Source: Deltaproteobacteria bacterium (GTDB taxonomy: Bacteria; Myxococcota_A; Polyangia; Polyangiales; Houyiibacteriaceae). From it: a DNA stretch of 64,000 nucleotides. Location: the NCBI GenBank assembly GCA_034670305.1, contig JAXMNT010000010.1, positions 96,001 to 160,000 on the forward strand, read 5' to 3'. Position numbers and translations under genes: made by a program. The notes beneath the pieces are model-generated. The model ran no database searches. It was not told the origin of the DNA and was given only the letters and a program-made list of their open reading frames with translations. Positions 29,478-39,484 of this stretch are shown here, in pieces (position 1 is the stretch's first letter; every line of letters starts with the position of its first letter).

Positions 29478-30401
29478 ATGTCGGTGGTGGGGACGAGCGT
29501 GCACGACGAAGAGCAGGAAGACCGGCGGCGGTGGTTGTGGCTGCTGGCTGCTGTTGCGGTGTCGGTCGTGCTGCACGTGGTGCTCTACGGCTCGTTCGTG
29601 CCCAGCCGTTCCGAAGGTTGGGCGGAGGAACAGGCCGCGCAGACGCTGTTCGTCGACACGCCGCCGGCCACCGTGGGCCCAGGCGCGGACTCCCGGCGCA
29701 CCGAACCAGAAGGCGAAGGGGCCGAGACCACGGCCACCGACCTGCCACGGCAGGGTTCCGCCCGTGCGCTGCGCCCCACTCCGAACACCGTGTCTCCGAA
29801 CACCGTGTCTCCCAACACCGTGTCTGCAGAAGACCCCGACTCGCCGCTGATCCCAGTCCAGACCGAAGAGACGGAGTCCGGGGATCCCGACGGCGAGGCA
29901 GAGTCGAACGAAGCGTTCCTCGCCGCGCTCGCCGCCCGGTCGCAGGTGGCACGCGGTCCGGGCTCGGCCGGTGGCTGCGGCGACCCGTTGCTCGGGACGT
30001 GGCGGGCCCGGCGCTACGACACCGATCACGAACGCCATGTGACGTTCACGCTGCGCATCGAAGAACGCCGACCCGCGGGCGGACACGATGCGCTCACTGG
30101 AACCATCACCCTGCGGGCTTGGAACGGTGGGCGGGACCAACGAAGTCCACCCCGCTGCCGACCGGGCGTGTCCGACCACACCGTGCGCCAACCGGCGACC
30201 GGACAAATCGCCGGCGACCAAGTGCGCTTCGAAGGGCGCTCGCACGTGCGTACGATCAACTGCATCGACGCGGGCCAGTGGGTCTACAACCTCGACCGGT
30301 TCACCGGCACGCTCGAAGGCAACACGCTGAGCGTGGTGAACAACGACGGCGGCAACGAACGCAACGCGCCCTACCGCTTCCGCCGCACCGCCTGCAACTG
30401 A
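29478..30401 (+). CDS. Membrane-anchored hypothetical protein
   Basis: N-terminal TM, low-complexity linker with (PNTVS)x3 and a beta-rich C-terminal domain. Start may be the GTG at 29487. Confidence 0.65.
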   Translation: MSVVGTSVHDEEQEDRRRWLWLLAAVAVSVVLHVVLYGSFVPSRSEGWAEEQAAQTLFVDTPPATVGPGADSRRTEPEGEGAETTATDLPRQGSARALRPTPNTVSPNTVSPNTVSAEDPDSPLIPVQTEETESGDPDGEAESNEAFLAALAARSQVARGPGSAGGCGDPLLGTWRARRYDTDHERHVTFTLRIEERRPAGGHDALTGTITLRAWNGGRDQRSPPRCRPGVSDHTVRQPATGQIAGDQVRFEGRSHVRTINCIDAGQWVYNLDRFTGTLEGNTLSVVNNDGGNERNAPYRFRRTACN

Positions 30402-30497
30402 GCACAGCTCGCCTCGCGAGCGTGGCCACGACAAGACTGCGTCCAGGCTGCCGAGTCTTGCTGCCCGGTGATTGACTCCGAGACGCCGCTCGGCCCT

Positions 30498-31103
30498 TCA
30501 GCGTTTGGGCGCGACCATGCGGGCGCGCTGCACATGGGTCAGCGCGACGGCGAGCGCGTCGGTCTCGTCGTTGGGGACGTCGGTGGTCATCTGAAGGATC
30601 GCGCCGACGAGCCGGGCAACCTGCTCTTTGGTCGCGCTGCCTTTGCCGGCCACGGTGCGTTTCACGAGCGCCGGCGCGTAGGCGTGCACCGGCAAACCCG
30701 CTTGCGCCGCGACCAAGAGCGCGACGCCCCGCGCGTGCCCGAGCACCAACGCAGAGCGTGCGTTCTTGTGGTGGAACAGGTCCTCCACCGCCACCGCCTG
30801 CGGCCGGTGCGCGGCGATGGCTGCGGTCAGCCCTTCGGCGATCGCGGCAAGGCGCTTCTCAAGCGGCTCTTTGGCGCCGGTCTTGACCACGCCCGATGCG
30901 ATGCGCCGGGCGCGCGGACCATGCGTCTCCACCACGCCCCATCCGGTCACGCGGGTGCCAGGGTCGATGCCGAGGACGCGCAGACTCGGTGCCGGCGCCC
31001 TCGCCACCCGAGGTTTGCCCGCGGCCCGCGGAGCCCCCGAACGCAGCTCGTCCATCGAACGCAACGTGCTCTTCGTCGAGGGATCCTTCTTCTTCGTGCT
31101 CAC
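30498..31103 (-). CDS. ruvC: Holliday junction resolvase RuvC
   Basis: 'VLGIDPGT', 'AVED', 'LGHARGV' and 'DETDALAVA'; directly downstream of yebC. Confidence 0.95.
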   Translation of the reverse strand: MSTKKKDPSTKSTLRSMDELRSGAPRAAGKPRVARAPAPSLRVLGIDPGTRVTGWGVVETHGPRARRIASGVVKTGAKEPLEKRLAAIAEGLTAAIAAHRPQAVAVEDLFHHKNARSALVLGHARGVALLVAAQAGLPVHAYAPALVKRTVAGKGSATKEQVARLVGAILQMTTDVPNDETDALAVALTHVQRARMVAPKR

Positions 31104-31852
31104 TCGTCTTCGAGCGCGGCCAGCGCTTCGGCCGAGAGCTCGAAGTCCGTGAACACGTTCTGGACGTCGTCGTGATCTTCGAGCGCTTCGTAGAGCCCCA
31201 TCAACTTCGCCGCGTCGTCACCCGAGACTTCTTTGACGTTGTTCGGGATGTACTCGAGCTTCGCTTCTTTGGGCTCCATGCCACCCGCCGCCAAACCGGT
31301 GGAGACCGAGTCGAGATCCTCCCGCACGGTCACGACCAACCAGACGTCGTCTTCGTCTTGCAGGTCTTCTGCGCCGACCCCAGCGGCGAGCTCGAACACG
31401 GTCTCGAAGTCGCCCACCTTCTTGTCGAGCCGGATCATGCCCTTCTGCTCGAAGGCCCACATCGCAGCGCCGCTCGAGCTGAGCTCGCCGTTGCCCTTCT
31501 CGAAGATCTTTCGAACTTCGGCCGCGGTGCGGTTTCGGTTGTCGGTCATCACCTCGAGCAAGAACAACGTGCCGCTCGGCCCCACGCCCTCGTAGATGAA
31601 CTCCTCGTACATCACCCCTTCGAGCTCGCCGGTGCCCTTCTTGATGGCCCGGGTGATGTTGTCGTTCGGCATGTTCTCGGCGCGCGCGGCTTCGATCGCG
31701 TGCCGCAGTCGGGCATTGCCGGCTGGGTCACCGCCGCCCATGCGCGCGGAGATGGTGATCTCCTTGATCAGCTTCGTAAAAATCTTCCCGCGTTTGGCGT
31801 CGGCTGCGCCCTTCTTGCGTTTGATCGTCGACCACTTGCTGTGCCCACTCAT
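31100..31852 (-). CDS. yebC: YebC/PmpR family protein
   Basis: 'MSGHSKWSTIKRKKG', 'YEGVGP', 'TDNRNRT' and 'DDVQNV'. Confidence 0.95.
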   Translation of the reverse strand: MSGHSKWSTIKRKKGAADAKRGKIFTKLIKEITISARMGGGDPAGNARLRHAIEAARAENMPNDNITRAIKKGTGELEGVMYEEFIYEGVGPSGTLFLLEVMTDNRNRTAAEVRKIFEKGNGELSSSGAAMWAFEQKGMIRLDKKVGDFETVFELAAGVGAEDLQDEDDVWLVVTVREDLDSVSTGLAAGGMEPKEAKLEYIPNNVKEVSGDDAAKLMGLYEALEDHDDVQNVFTDFELSAEALAALEDE

Positions 31853-32032
31853 GGGGGCGCTGATAGCACTGGCACGGCCGACGCGAAAGACAGGTTGTGG
31901 CGCCGGGTCGTGGTGCGTGTGCGCCGGCGCCCACGGGAGATCTTCCGAACCTCTGCGCCACGCGGTCGGTCGGAACGGGACCCGCGATGAAATGGGTCTA
32001 TGCTGGTGGCTGTGTCCGGCCCTCTCCAAGAC

Positions 32033-34072
32033 ATGCAGCTGCGCACCTCGCGCGGTCCGACGCTCCTCTTCGGACTGCTCGCCCTCGGTGGCATCGCCAC
32101 CGGCGCGTGGTCTTTGCTGAGCGACCGGGTGGATCCCACCGCGGTGGTGGTCGCGGTGCGGGGTTGCTCGGAGGCATGCCAGAGTTCGCTCGTCTCCCGG
32201 ATGCGCATTCACCTCGAAGACCTGGGTCTCGAGGTCCGCCCGGGCCCCGACGAAGATGTGCCCGAGTCGCTCGCCGAAGCCACCGATCTGGCGGAGCTCG
32301 CATCGGCCACCAGCGATCTGGGCGCGGCGCACGCGGTGTGGATCCTCGTCACGCCCGTCGACCAACGCGAGGCCTCGATCGGTGGCGCGACGGTTTCGAA
32401 AGGCGTCCGGATCTTCGCCCAAAGCATGACCCGTGGCGAAGCCGCTCGAACCCCCCATGAGCTCGTCTTCGCGATCGACGCCGACGAAGAAGACCGCGCC
32501 CGGCTCGAGGCGGGCATTCGCGGGGTCGACGCCCTCTCCCACGACGTCGGCGCGGAGATCCTACAGAGCGACCGCATCGCGGCGTACCTCGAGAGCAGCC
32601 CGAGCGAGCTCGATCGGTTGAGCGCGGTCAGTGACGCGCTTCGTGGCGCCGAAGCCCGGCAGCGCGAGATGGACCGCTTCGAAGCCGCGTGCACCTCGAG
32701 CGGCGACGACATGAGGCAAGACGACGAAGCCCTCGGCGCGGTCCGATGCCTCACCCAAGGGTGCGACCAGGAGTACCTGATCGGCGTGATGCCGAATGGG
32801 GAAGAAGCCATCCTGCGGGTCGAGACCGCGGCGCCGGTGTTCCCGATTCTGCGCTCGAGCAACGTCGGCACCGCCGAGGTCGCCGACCGTTTGGTCCGCG
32901 CCTCGGGCGAAGGGGTGCGCAGCACCATCGTCTCGGTGGAGAACCTCTACAGCTACGCCACCCTCGCGGCCGACGGGCGCTCGATCGCGTTCGTCGAGGT
33001 CGCGAACGGGTTGGTCTCGCTCGTGTGGGTGGAGCTCGACGGAATCCGCCGCGCGGTGCTCTTCGAGGTGGATTGGCCCGAGCGCATGTCGTCCCCGGAG
33101 CTCAGTCCGGACGGGCGCCACGTGGCGTTCAGCTACCGGCCCTTCCGCCGCGGCGAACCACAGCTCTTCGTGGTGCGTACCCCACCGGAACCCACTTCCG
33201 AAGCCGCAGAGGCCGACAGCGAGGAGGACGCGGACAGTGCTGCTGGCAACAACGCAGAGCCGGAAGCGCCGCCCACGCCCCTCCCCTTCGAGCCGGTGCC
33301 CTTCGGTGTCTCGGCGACCTGGGTCGAGGTGGCCAAAGAAGGCGCGCCCGATGAACTCGAGACCCTGCTCGCAGTCGTGGTCCCAGGCGAGCGCGAGGAG
33401 CTGCAACTGGACGACGGCCCCGCTGCCGAAACCCAGGCGGTCGACGAGAGCGACATCGAAGAAGAGCTGGTGGGCGTGAACCCAGAGCGGGCCGGACTGA
33501 ACTTGCCACCGCTCACCCACGTCGCCCTCGCCCGGATCACCGGCGACGAATTCGAGATCGTCGGTCGCATCGGCGGGGTGGAGCGGCCCGTGCGGAGCGT
33601 GGTCGGTTCACACACAGGCAAACTCGTCGTCATGTCGTACAGCCGCGTCCACGGCTGCGGCATCGGCATCTACGACCGCAATGGAGCCGACGGAACCGCG
33701 CTCACCTTCGTGCAGCCGGATCACTGTCCCGCCAACCCCCAACTGACGAGCCAGGGAACCGTGGTCGGCGAGGTCGCGGTCGAGCGCGAGGGGGTGCTGC
33801 CGGACCACCAAGGGGAGCTCGTCGCGGTCGATCCCGCGACCGGTTTCGTACGGGTGCTGACGCAGAACGGGATCCGAGATCGGTATGTACGGCCGGCCCA
33901 AACCCGCGGTGGCACCGAACGGCTCTTCTTCGAACGGTTGCCGCGCCGCCGCTACGCGCGTCACCCGGCGGCCGGGGTCTGCTTCGTCGACCTGCCCGAA
34001 CTCGACATGACCCGCCCGCCAGAACCCGCGGAACCGCCGCCAGCCGAAGACACCGGCACCGCACCCGAGTAG
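32033..34072 (+). CDS. Membrane-anchored protein with TolB/PD40-like propeller repeats
   Basis: N-terminal TM; 'DGRSIAFV' and 'SPELSPDGRHVAF'. Confidence 0.65.
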   Translation: MQLRTSRGPTLLFGLLALGGIATGAWSLLSDRVDPTAVVVAVRGCSEACQSSLVSRMRIHLEDLGLEVRPGPDEDVPESLAEATDLAELASATSDLGAAHAVWILVTPVDQREASIGGATVSKGVRIFAQSMTRGEAARTPHELVFAIDADEEDRARLEAGIRGVDALSHDVGAEILQSDRIAAYLESSPSELDRLSAVSDALRGAEARQREMDRFEAACTSSGDDMRQDDEALGAVRCLTQGCDQEYLIGVMPNGEEAILRVETAAPVFPILRSSNVGTAEVADRLVRASGEGVRSTIVSVENLYSYATLAADGRSIAFVEVANGLVSLVWVELDGIRRAVLFEVDWPERMSSPELSPDGRHVAFSYRPFRRGEPQLFVVRTPPEPTSEAAEADSEEDADSAAGNNAEPEAPPTPLPFEPVPFGVSATWVEVAKEGAPDELETLLAVVVPGEREELQLDDGPAAETQAVDESDIEEELVGVNPERAGLNLPPLTHVALARITGDEFEIVGRIGGVERPVRSVVGSHTGKLVVMSYSRVHGCGIGIYDRNGADGTALTFVQPDHCPANPQLTSQGTVVGEVAVEREGVLPDHQGELVAVDPATGFVRVLTQNGIRDRYVRPAQTRGGTERLFFERLPRRRYARHPAAGVCFVDLPELDMTRPPEPAEPPPAEDTGTAPE

Positions 34073-34084
34073 ATCGACTCCAAC

Positions 34085-34269
34085 GTCGGCGTCGGCATCG
34101 GCTTCGGCATCGGCTTCGGCGTCGGCTCGGCGTCGGCTTCGACTTCTGCGTCGGCTTCGACTTCGGCATCGGCGTCGGCGTCGGCATCGGCTTCGGCATC
34201 GGCTTCGGCATCGGCGTCGGCTTCGGCATCGGCGTCGGCTTCGGCGTCGGCTTTGGCTTCGGCTTCGGC
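34085..34269. repeat. Hexamer tract (GGCATC/GGCGTC/GGCTTC)n
   Basis: Read directly; between convergent genes. Confidence 0.95.
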
Positions 34270-34276
34270 GCGGCCG

Positions 34277-35119
34277 TCACGCCGCGCTTCGAACGTCGAC
34301 CCGGACCTCCCCATCGTCCCCGAACAGCCGCTCCCGCCATACCGCGAGCAGCGCGGCTTTGCCTTTGTCGCGGGGATGAAAGTCGCGCCGGAAGTACCGG
34401 AGGTAGTCCGGCAGGAGTCGGCGCGTCAGTCCGGGCCGAAACCACAGAAACCCAAACACCCGCGCCCAGCCCGAGACCCGAAGGTGTTCGCCGCGGTCCC
34501 GCGCCAAGACCGCGTAGAAGTACGCGACGAAGAGCCCAAAGAGCACGGTGGTGACCAGCATGATCCAGCGGCGTTCGAACGCGTTCCCACCCGCTGCCAT
34601 GTACACATCGAACGCCACGTCTTCGTGTTCGAGTTCTTCGAACGCGTGCCACATCCACAGGCGCGTCGTGCCGTCGTGAAGGCACGCACCTCGGTGCCGC
34701 GCGTCTTCGAGCAACTGGGACGCGAGGATGGAAGTGAAGTGTTCGAGCGCGCAGGTCACCGCGAGCTGCTGCTGATCGTTGAACAAGACCGGCGCCAACT
34801 TCTTCAGGATGAAGCGCACGTCGCGGTCGACGCGCGGCATGCTCGGAAAGCTGCGCGCGACCGCCCGGTTGAACGCGCGGTGCCCCACCCCATGCGCCGC
34901 CTCTTGGCCGACGAACGCGTCCAGTCGTTCGCGCAGCACGTCGTCGTCGATCAGACTTCGGTGGGCGCGCACCGCACGCACGAAGAAGTTCTCGCCTTCG
35001 GGGAACGCCGCGCTGAGCGCATTCCAGAACGTGGTCACGTGCACGTCGTCGCCGTACCAAGCCGTCGGCAGGTCCGAGAGGTCGTCGAGCAGGATTCGCC
35101 GAACCGTGGGCATCGTCAT
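34277..35119 (-). CDS. Predicted metal-dependent hydrolase
   Basis: 'FPEGENFFV', 'FVGQEAAH', 'ALEHFT' and 'WHAFEELEH..VAFDVY'. Confidence 0.85.
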   Translation of the reverse strand: MTMPTVRRILLDDLSDLPTAWYGDDVHVTTFWNALSAAFPEGENFFVRAVRAHRSLIDDDVLRERLDAFVGQEAAHGVGHRAFNRAVARSFPSMPRVDRDVRFILKKLAPVLFNDQQQLAVTCALEHFTSILASQLLEDARHRGACLHDGTTRLWMWHAFEELEHEDVAFDVYMAAGGNAFERRWIMLVTTVLFGLFVAYFYAVLARDRGEHLRVSGWARVFGFLWFRPGLTRRLLPDYLRYFRRDFHPRDKGKAALLAVWRERLFGDDGEVRVDVRSAA

Positions 35120-35232
35120 GTCTCCAGCCTGCCGCACCGGCCTCTTGGCCGGCAGGGCCACCGGTGCCATCTTCATGGCAATTCGGGCCACCGGGCCACC
35201 CGGTCGTCTTGATCCCCGCACACTCGCCACCG

Positions 35233-36204
35233 ATGCAGAACATCCCCGCCGCCCACGCCCTTCACCTCGCCGACGTGGCGGAGGTGCTTGGCGTGTCGCG
35301 CGAGCGCCTCTTCGAGGCCTGGGATCTGAGCGAAGACGAGCTCGAAGATCCCGACCGCACCCTCGACCTACGCACCCTGCGCCGGCTCGTCGCGACCACC
35401 CGCCGGCTCTCGGGTGAAGAAGCGCTCGGGTTGCTGCTCGGCTCGCGCATGCAGATCGCCAACCACGGCAACCTCGGCTTCGCGGTCATGACTGCGCCGA
35501 CCCTGCGCGCGTGCATCGAGACCGCGATCCGATTCGCGCCGACCCGCACCCGCGCGCTCGAACTCTCCCTGCACCTGGAAGACGCGATGTGCGCGGTGGT
35601 CATCGAAGAGCGCGCCGACTTCGGCGACGCACGCGACGTCGTGCTCGTCGCGCTGGTCGTCGGCATCTGGCACATCGCCCAGGCGCTGGCCGGTACCGCG
35701 GTCGTCGGCGACGTCGAGTTCGGCTTTCCGGCGCCGAGTTACGCGGCGCGTTTCTCATCGCTCGCCCCGGGCCGGCTGCGCTTCGAGCAACCGCAGACCC
35801 GGCTGGTGTTCGACGCGGGCGTGCTCGATCTTCCGGTGCGGACCGCCGACCCCGCCGCCCACCGGCGGGCGCGCGAACAGTGCGAACGGGAGCTCGCGCA
35901 GTACGCGCCCGCGGACGTGCCCAAGTTGCGCGCGCTTCTCGGCGAGTCGCCGCCCCCGACGTTGCTCGAGGCCGCCAAGCGGCTCGGCGTCTCCGCGCGC
36001 ACGCTCAAGCGGCGGCTGCGGGATGAACAGACGACGTTCGGAGAGGTGCGGGCCTCGGTGTTGACGGAGCGCGCGGTGCTCCTGCTCCGGCAGGGCCGCA
36101 CCCTCGACGAGATCGCGGAGCAGCTCGGCTACGCGGACGGCACCAGCTTCGGCCGGGCGTTCCGACGGTGGACGGGTGAGAGTCCAGGCCGGCAACGGAC
36201 ATGA
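35233..36204 (+). CDS. AraC family transcriptional regulator
   Basis: 'HGNLGFAVMTAPTL' ligand domain and C-terminal 'SARTLKRRL...LGYAD..SFGRAFRRWTG'; divergent from the hydrolase. Confidence 0.92.
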   Translation: MQNIPAAHALHLADVAEVLGVSRERLFEAWDLSEDELEDPDRTLDLRTLRRLVATTRRLSGEEALGLLLGSRMQIANHGNLGFAVMTAPTLRACIETAIRFAPTRTRALELSLHLEDAMCAVVIEERADFGDARDVVLVALVVGIWHIAQALAGTAVVGDVEFGFPAPSYAARFSSLAPGRLRFEQPQTRLVFDAGVLDLPVRTADPAAHRRAREQCERELAQYAPADVPKLRALLGESPPPTLLEAAKRLGVSARTLKRRLRDEQTTFGEVRASVLTERAVLLLRQGRTLDEIAEQLGYADGTSFGRAFRRWTGESPGRQRT

Positions 36205-36219
36205 CTGCGACGCCCACAG

Positions 36220-36281
36220 CCAGCACTGCGGTTCTCGAGGCCAGCACTGCGGTTCCCGAAGACAGCACCGCTTCCCGGAAG
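36220..36281. repeat. 21-bp tandem repeat x~3 (CCAGCACTGCGGTTCYCGARG)
   Basis: Read directly; intergenic. Confidence 0.8.
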
Positions 36282-36289
36282 AGTTCGCC

Positions 36290-37156
36290 ATGAGCGCGCG
36301 CGCCTGGATCCGCGCCGCGCGCCCCCTCGCGCAGGCGAACCTCGCCGGACCGCTCCTGTTCGGCCAAGCGCTCGCCTACCAAGCGACCGGCCAGTTCTCC
36401 TTCGGGGTGCTCGCCGCGGTCGCGTTCTGGGGCGTGCTCGATCAACTCTTCATCGTCTTCGCGAACGACTACGCCGATCGCGACCACGACCAGGCCGACG
36501 CACGCACGCCGTTCAGCGGCGGCTCCGGAGTCCTGGTCGATGGTGCGCTGAAGCCGCGACAGCTCCTGCACGGCGCGATCGGCGCGGCGGTGTGTCTGTT
36601 GTTGCTCTCGCTCGCGTTCGCGATCCGCTCGTGGTGGATCCTCCCGCTCGGCGTCGCCGCGGTCGCCCTGCTCTATGCGTACAGCTTCGGTCCCCGGCTG
36701 AGCTATCGGGGCGGCGGAGAGTTTCTCCAGGGCCTCGGCGTCGGCGTCGTGCTGCCGCTCGTCGGGTTCGCCGCCCAAGCCGGACAGCTCCACAGCTACC
36801 CCTTCGTCACCCTGCTCTCGACCTTCGCGCTCGCCTTCGCGGGCAACATCGCCACCGCGCTCCCGGACCGCGACGTCGACCGACGCGCCAAGAAGAAGAC
36901 GTGGCCGGTGAAGATGGGCGTCGCGCGCGCCGCCTGGGCCTGCGCCGGCATCACCCTCACCGGCATCTACCTCGCGCTCGCCACGAGCGGCCTGCTCCAC
37001 AGCCACGGCGGCTGGCTCGCCCTCAGCGGCCTCCCCCTCACCGCCCTCCCCTTCCTGAACTTCGCCCGCCGCCGCCACGCGATCGCCTTCGTCGTCCTCC
37101 AAGGCATGAGCGCCCAACTCCTCCTCCTCACCTGGTCCCTCGCCGCCATCGCCTGA
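36290..37156 (+). CDS. UbiA/MenA-family prenyltransferase
   Basis: 'ANDYADRDHD', 'TPFSGGS', 'PDRDVD..AKKKT'; multi-TM. Confidence 0.85.
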   Translation: MSARAWIRAARPLAQANLAGPLLFGQALAYQATGQFSFGVLAAVAFWGVLDQLFIVFANDYADRDHDQADARTPFSGGSGVLVDGALKPRQLLHGAIGAAVCLLLLSLAFAIRSWWILPLGVAAVALLYAYSFGPRLSYRGGGEFLQGLGVGVVLPLVGFAAQAGQLHSYPFVTLLSTFALAFAGNIATALPDRDVDRRAKKKTWPVKMGVARAAWACAGITLTGIYLALATSGLLHSHGGWLALSGLPLTALPFLNFARRRHAIAFVVLQGMSAQLLLLTWSLAAIA

Positions 37157-37261
37157 AGCACGACGTCGGCATCCGGTGTCGGCCATGAAGTGAAACGCCT
37201 CGAAAGATGCAGAGGCTGGTCGGAGGACGCAGCGTCGCGATGATGTCGCGGGGTTGAGAAA

Positions 37262-37744
37262 CTAGAACTTGAGTAGGTGGGTGAGGGTACCGAGGTGGGT
37301 TTGCGCATGTCGCTCGATCTGCTCTGCGAGTTCGTCCTTCGTCGGCGACTCGTTCTCTGCGACAAATTCGTGAAGCGCGGCGCGCAGTTCCCAGACGACA
37401 CACAAGAGCGCGTGCCAGAGTAACTCAGCAGACACCGACAGTTCAGCGCCCTCAAGAGTGTGGGGGACCCGGCGAAGAAGCAGAACCTGTCGGCTGAGGT
37501 TTGCAAACCCATTTTCCAGATCCAACGCACCGCACCGCCGATGGAGTTCGTCGAGAGCACCTTCCACAGGAAGGTGGGTGGCCAGTGCTTCGAGTGAGGC
37601 CAGGAGAAACTCCCGTTCGTTCAGCGCAGAAACAGCACCAACGTTCATGCTCTCATGACCACCCAGCGACCGGATGGTCGCCGTCAGCACCGCCAAGTGG
37701 TCGAGGCGCGAGATGACGCAAACGATTGAATGTGTGGACTGCAT
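37262..37744 (-). CDS. Hypothetical protein, candidate immunity protein
   Basis: ATG overlaps the toxin-like stop (TGATG); AT-richer codons than the flanks. Confidence 0.55.
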   Translation of the reverse strand: MQSTHSIVCVISRLDHLAVLTATIRSLGGHESMNVGAVSALNEREFLLASLEALATHLPVEGALDELHRRCGALDLENGFANLSRQVLLLRRVPHTLEGAELSVSAELLWHALLCVVWELRAALHEFVAENESPTKDELAEQIERHAQTHLGTLTHLLKF

Positions 37745-38258
37745 CAGAACCCCAGCGGTGAGTTGAAGAATGCTTGGATGGCGTCGGCGGTTGGAACCAC
37801 AGTCAGGTCGCTTGAGTTGAGTATGTCGATCTGGGCCTGCGTAGTCGCAAGGAACTCAGGTTGCCGTCCACCGGGACCGCCCATTTGTGCCATTGAATCC
37901 GCCACTTCCTTCGTAACCCGCACTCTTACCACGACCCCGTTGGAGCCCGTACCATACCCAGACGCAGCCCGGAGGAAATCGTCGGTCAGGTAGACTCCAG
38001 CAACCGGAGTGTGGCTACCTTGGTTTGCCCTGGAACGAGGCTGAAAGGCGTCCTACGAAGGCCTGGGACCCGTGGTACAGCGTCACCATCCGCGTGTTCC
38101 GGAATGCCCGTGCGATTCGGCGGGCGGTACTCCCTGCTACCTTGACCATCGCCGCGCCCGGGAGGACCGCGAGCACTTCCCACCCAAGTGAACTCGCTCG
38201 GTCGCTCCTGGACGCTTCGCTATCCGTGAGCGTCTCCCAGTTCTGCGCCCGACCGCGG
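37744..38258 (-). pseudogene. Orphan Rhs C-terminal module with ADP-ribosyltransferase-like toxin domain, frameshifted near 38052
   Basis: Frame A 'VTLYHGS' continues in frame B as 'GVYLTDDFLRAASGY...VVRVRV...QPEF'. Confidence 0.6.
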
Positions 38259-38447
38259 TTCACGGGGCACGAACACGACGACGAGTGGGGCGTCATCAAC
38301 ATGCGGGGGCGGCTCTACGACCCCGCAATGCGCCGCATGCTCTCGCCTGACCCCGTCGTCGTCGATCCCTACGCGAGCCAGGCCTACAACCGCTACGCCT
38401 ATGTCCTCAACGACCCGATCAACCTGACCGACCCCACCGGGTTCACG
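38256..38447 (+). pseudogene. Rhs repeat-associated core fragment
   Basis: 'FTGHEHDDEWGVINMRGRLYDPAMRRMLSPDP...NRYAYVLNDPINLTDPTG'; no upstream YD repeats or start. Confidence 0.9.
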
Positions 38448-38517
38448 CCGGAGGGCGGCTCCTGCCACGACTGCAGCTTCAGCAAGAGGCGGACAGGGGC
38501 GGGAGACCGATCCCGCC

Positions 38518-39213
38518 ATGGCGGGCGTGCAAGCGGACATCGCCGCGGGCCGACTGCCGAGCCAAATGGAGCTCGCCCACGACGGCGCCGGGAGGCTCGG
38601 CCGAGCCATGGAGGGCATCAACATGGGCCCCACCGGACCCGGCGGCTTGTCGAGATGGACCATGTCCCCCGGCTCATCTCTAGGTGCGATGGCTGTGTTC
38701 GGCGATACCCGCGGTCGCGTGGAGAACTGGGAGACGCTCACCGATAGCGAGGCCACTGGGGGTGACCGTGCCGCGGCGGCGAGTTGGGAACTGTTGGCAG
38801 TGCTGCCAGGGGCGGTAGTGGCGGGCGCTGGTGCGCGGGCGCTACGAGGGATTGGGTCGCTCGCCCACGTGCAGTGGGATCCAGAGGAACACTACGAGGG
38901 CCGGATGCGGTTGCAGTCGTTCGCGAGCAGTACGCAGGGCGGGTACCTGGTCTGGCTCTACAGCCGGGAGCTCTCGGGCATCCCGAACGAGGTGGTGGTG
39001 ATGGGCATCGGACCCGACAATGTGGTCCGGCAGGTGCGGCGGCTCGAGTTCCCGCACGCGTTCGACACATTCAAGATGCTTCCCACCGTCGACGGCTCCG
39101 TGTTCTTTGCCGACGATGACGGCACCCACCGCTACCCGCCCAGCGGCCCGGTCGAACACCTCTCTCCCATCCAGGCCGCCTGGCTCCACCCCGGCCCCGC
39201 CAGCCGCCCGTAG
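38518..39213 (+). CDS. Rhs linker/C-terminal remnant fused to an unknown domain (out of frame with the core)
   Basis: '[13 protein letters not shown]...[10 protein letters not shown]' is paralogous to the minus-strand module. May be a pseudogene. Confidence 0.45.
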   Translation: MAGVQADIAAGRLPSQMELAHDGAGRLGRAMEGINMGPTGPGGLSRWTMSPGSSLGAMAVFGDTRGRVENWETLTDSEATGGDRAAAASWELLAVLPGAVVAGAGARALRGIGSLAHVQWDPEEHYEGRMRLQSFASSTQGGYLVWLYSRELSGIPNEVVVMGIGPDNVVRQVRRLEFPHAFDTFKMLPTVDGSVFFADDDGTHRYPPSGPVEHLSPIQAAWLHPGPASRP

Positions 39214-39222
39214 CAACGGGCG

Positions 39223-39430
39223 ACTTCGGCTTCGACGTCGGCGTCGGCATCGGCATCGGCATCGGCATCGGCATCGGCGTCGGCTCCGGCTGCGGTGTCG
39301 GCATCGGCATCGGCTTCGGCATCGGCTTCGGCGTCGGCGTCGGCATCGGCGTCGGCTTCGGCGTCGGCTTCCGCTTCGGCGTCGGCTTCGGCTTCCGCTT
39401 CGGCGCCTGCACTCACAAGGGCAAGGGCGA
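39223..39430. repeat. Hexamer tract (GGCATC/GGCGTC/GGCTTC)n with GGGCAA cap
   Basis: Read directly. Confidence 0.95.
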
Positions 39431-39484
39431 CCGCGCCGAACTCTTCGGAACGATCCTTCCGGTTCTGTCGTACAACCGAACGCC

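Noticed and set aside
30498-31852. yebC-ruvC without adjacent ruvA/ruvB as an anomaly
   Set aside because: Split ruv operons are common, and ruvAB may lie elsewhere.
35165-35180. TGCCAT-cttc-ATGGCA palindrome as the AraC operator
   Set aside because: It is too short to distinguish from chance in this composition.
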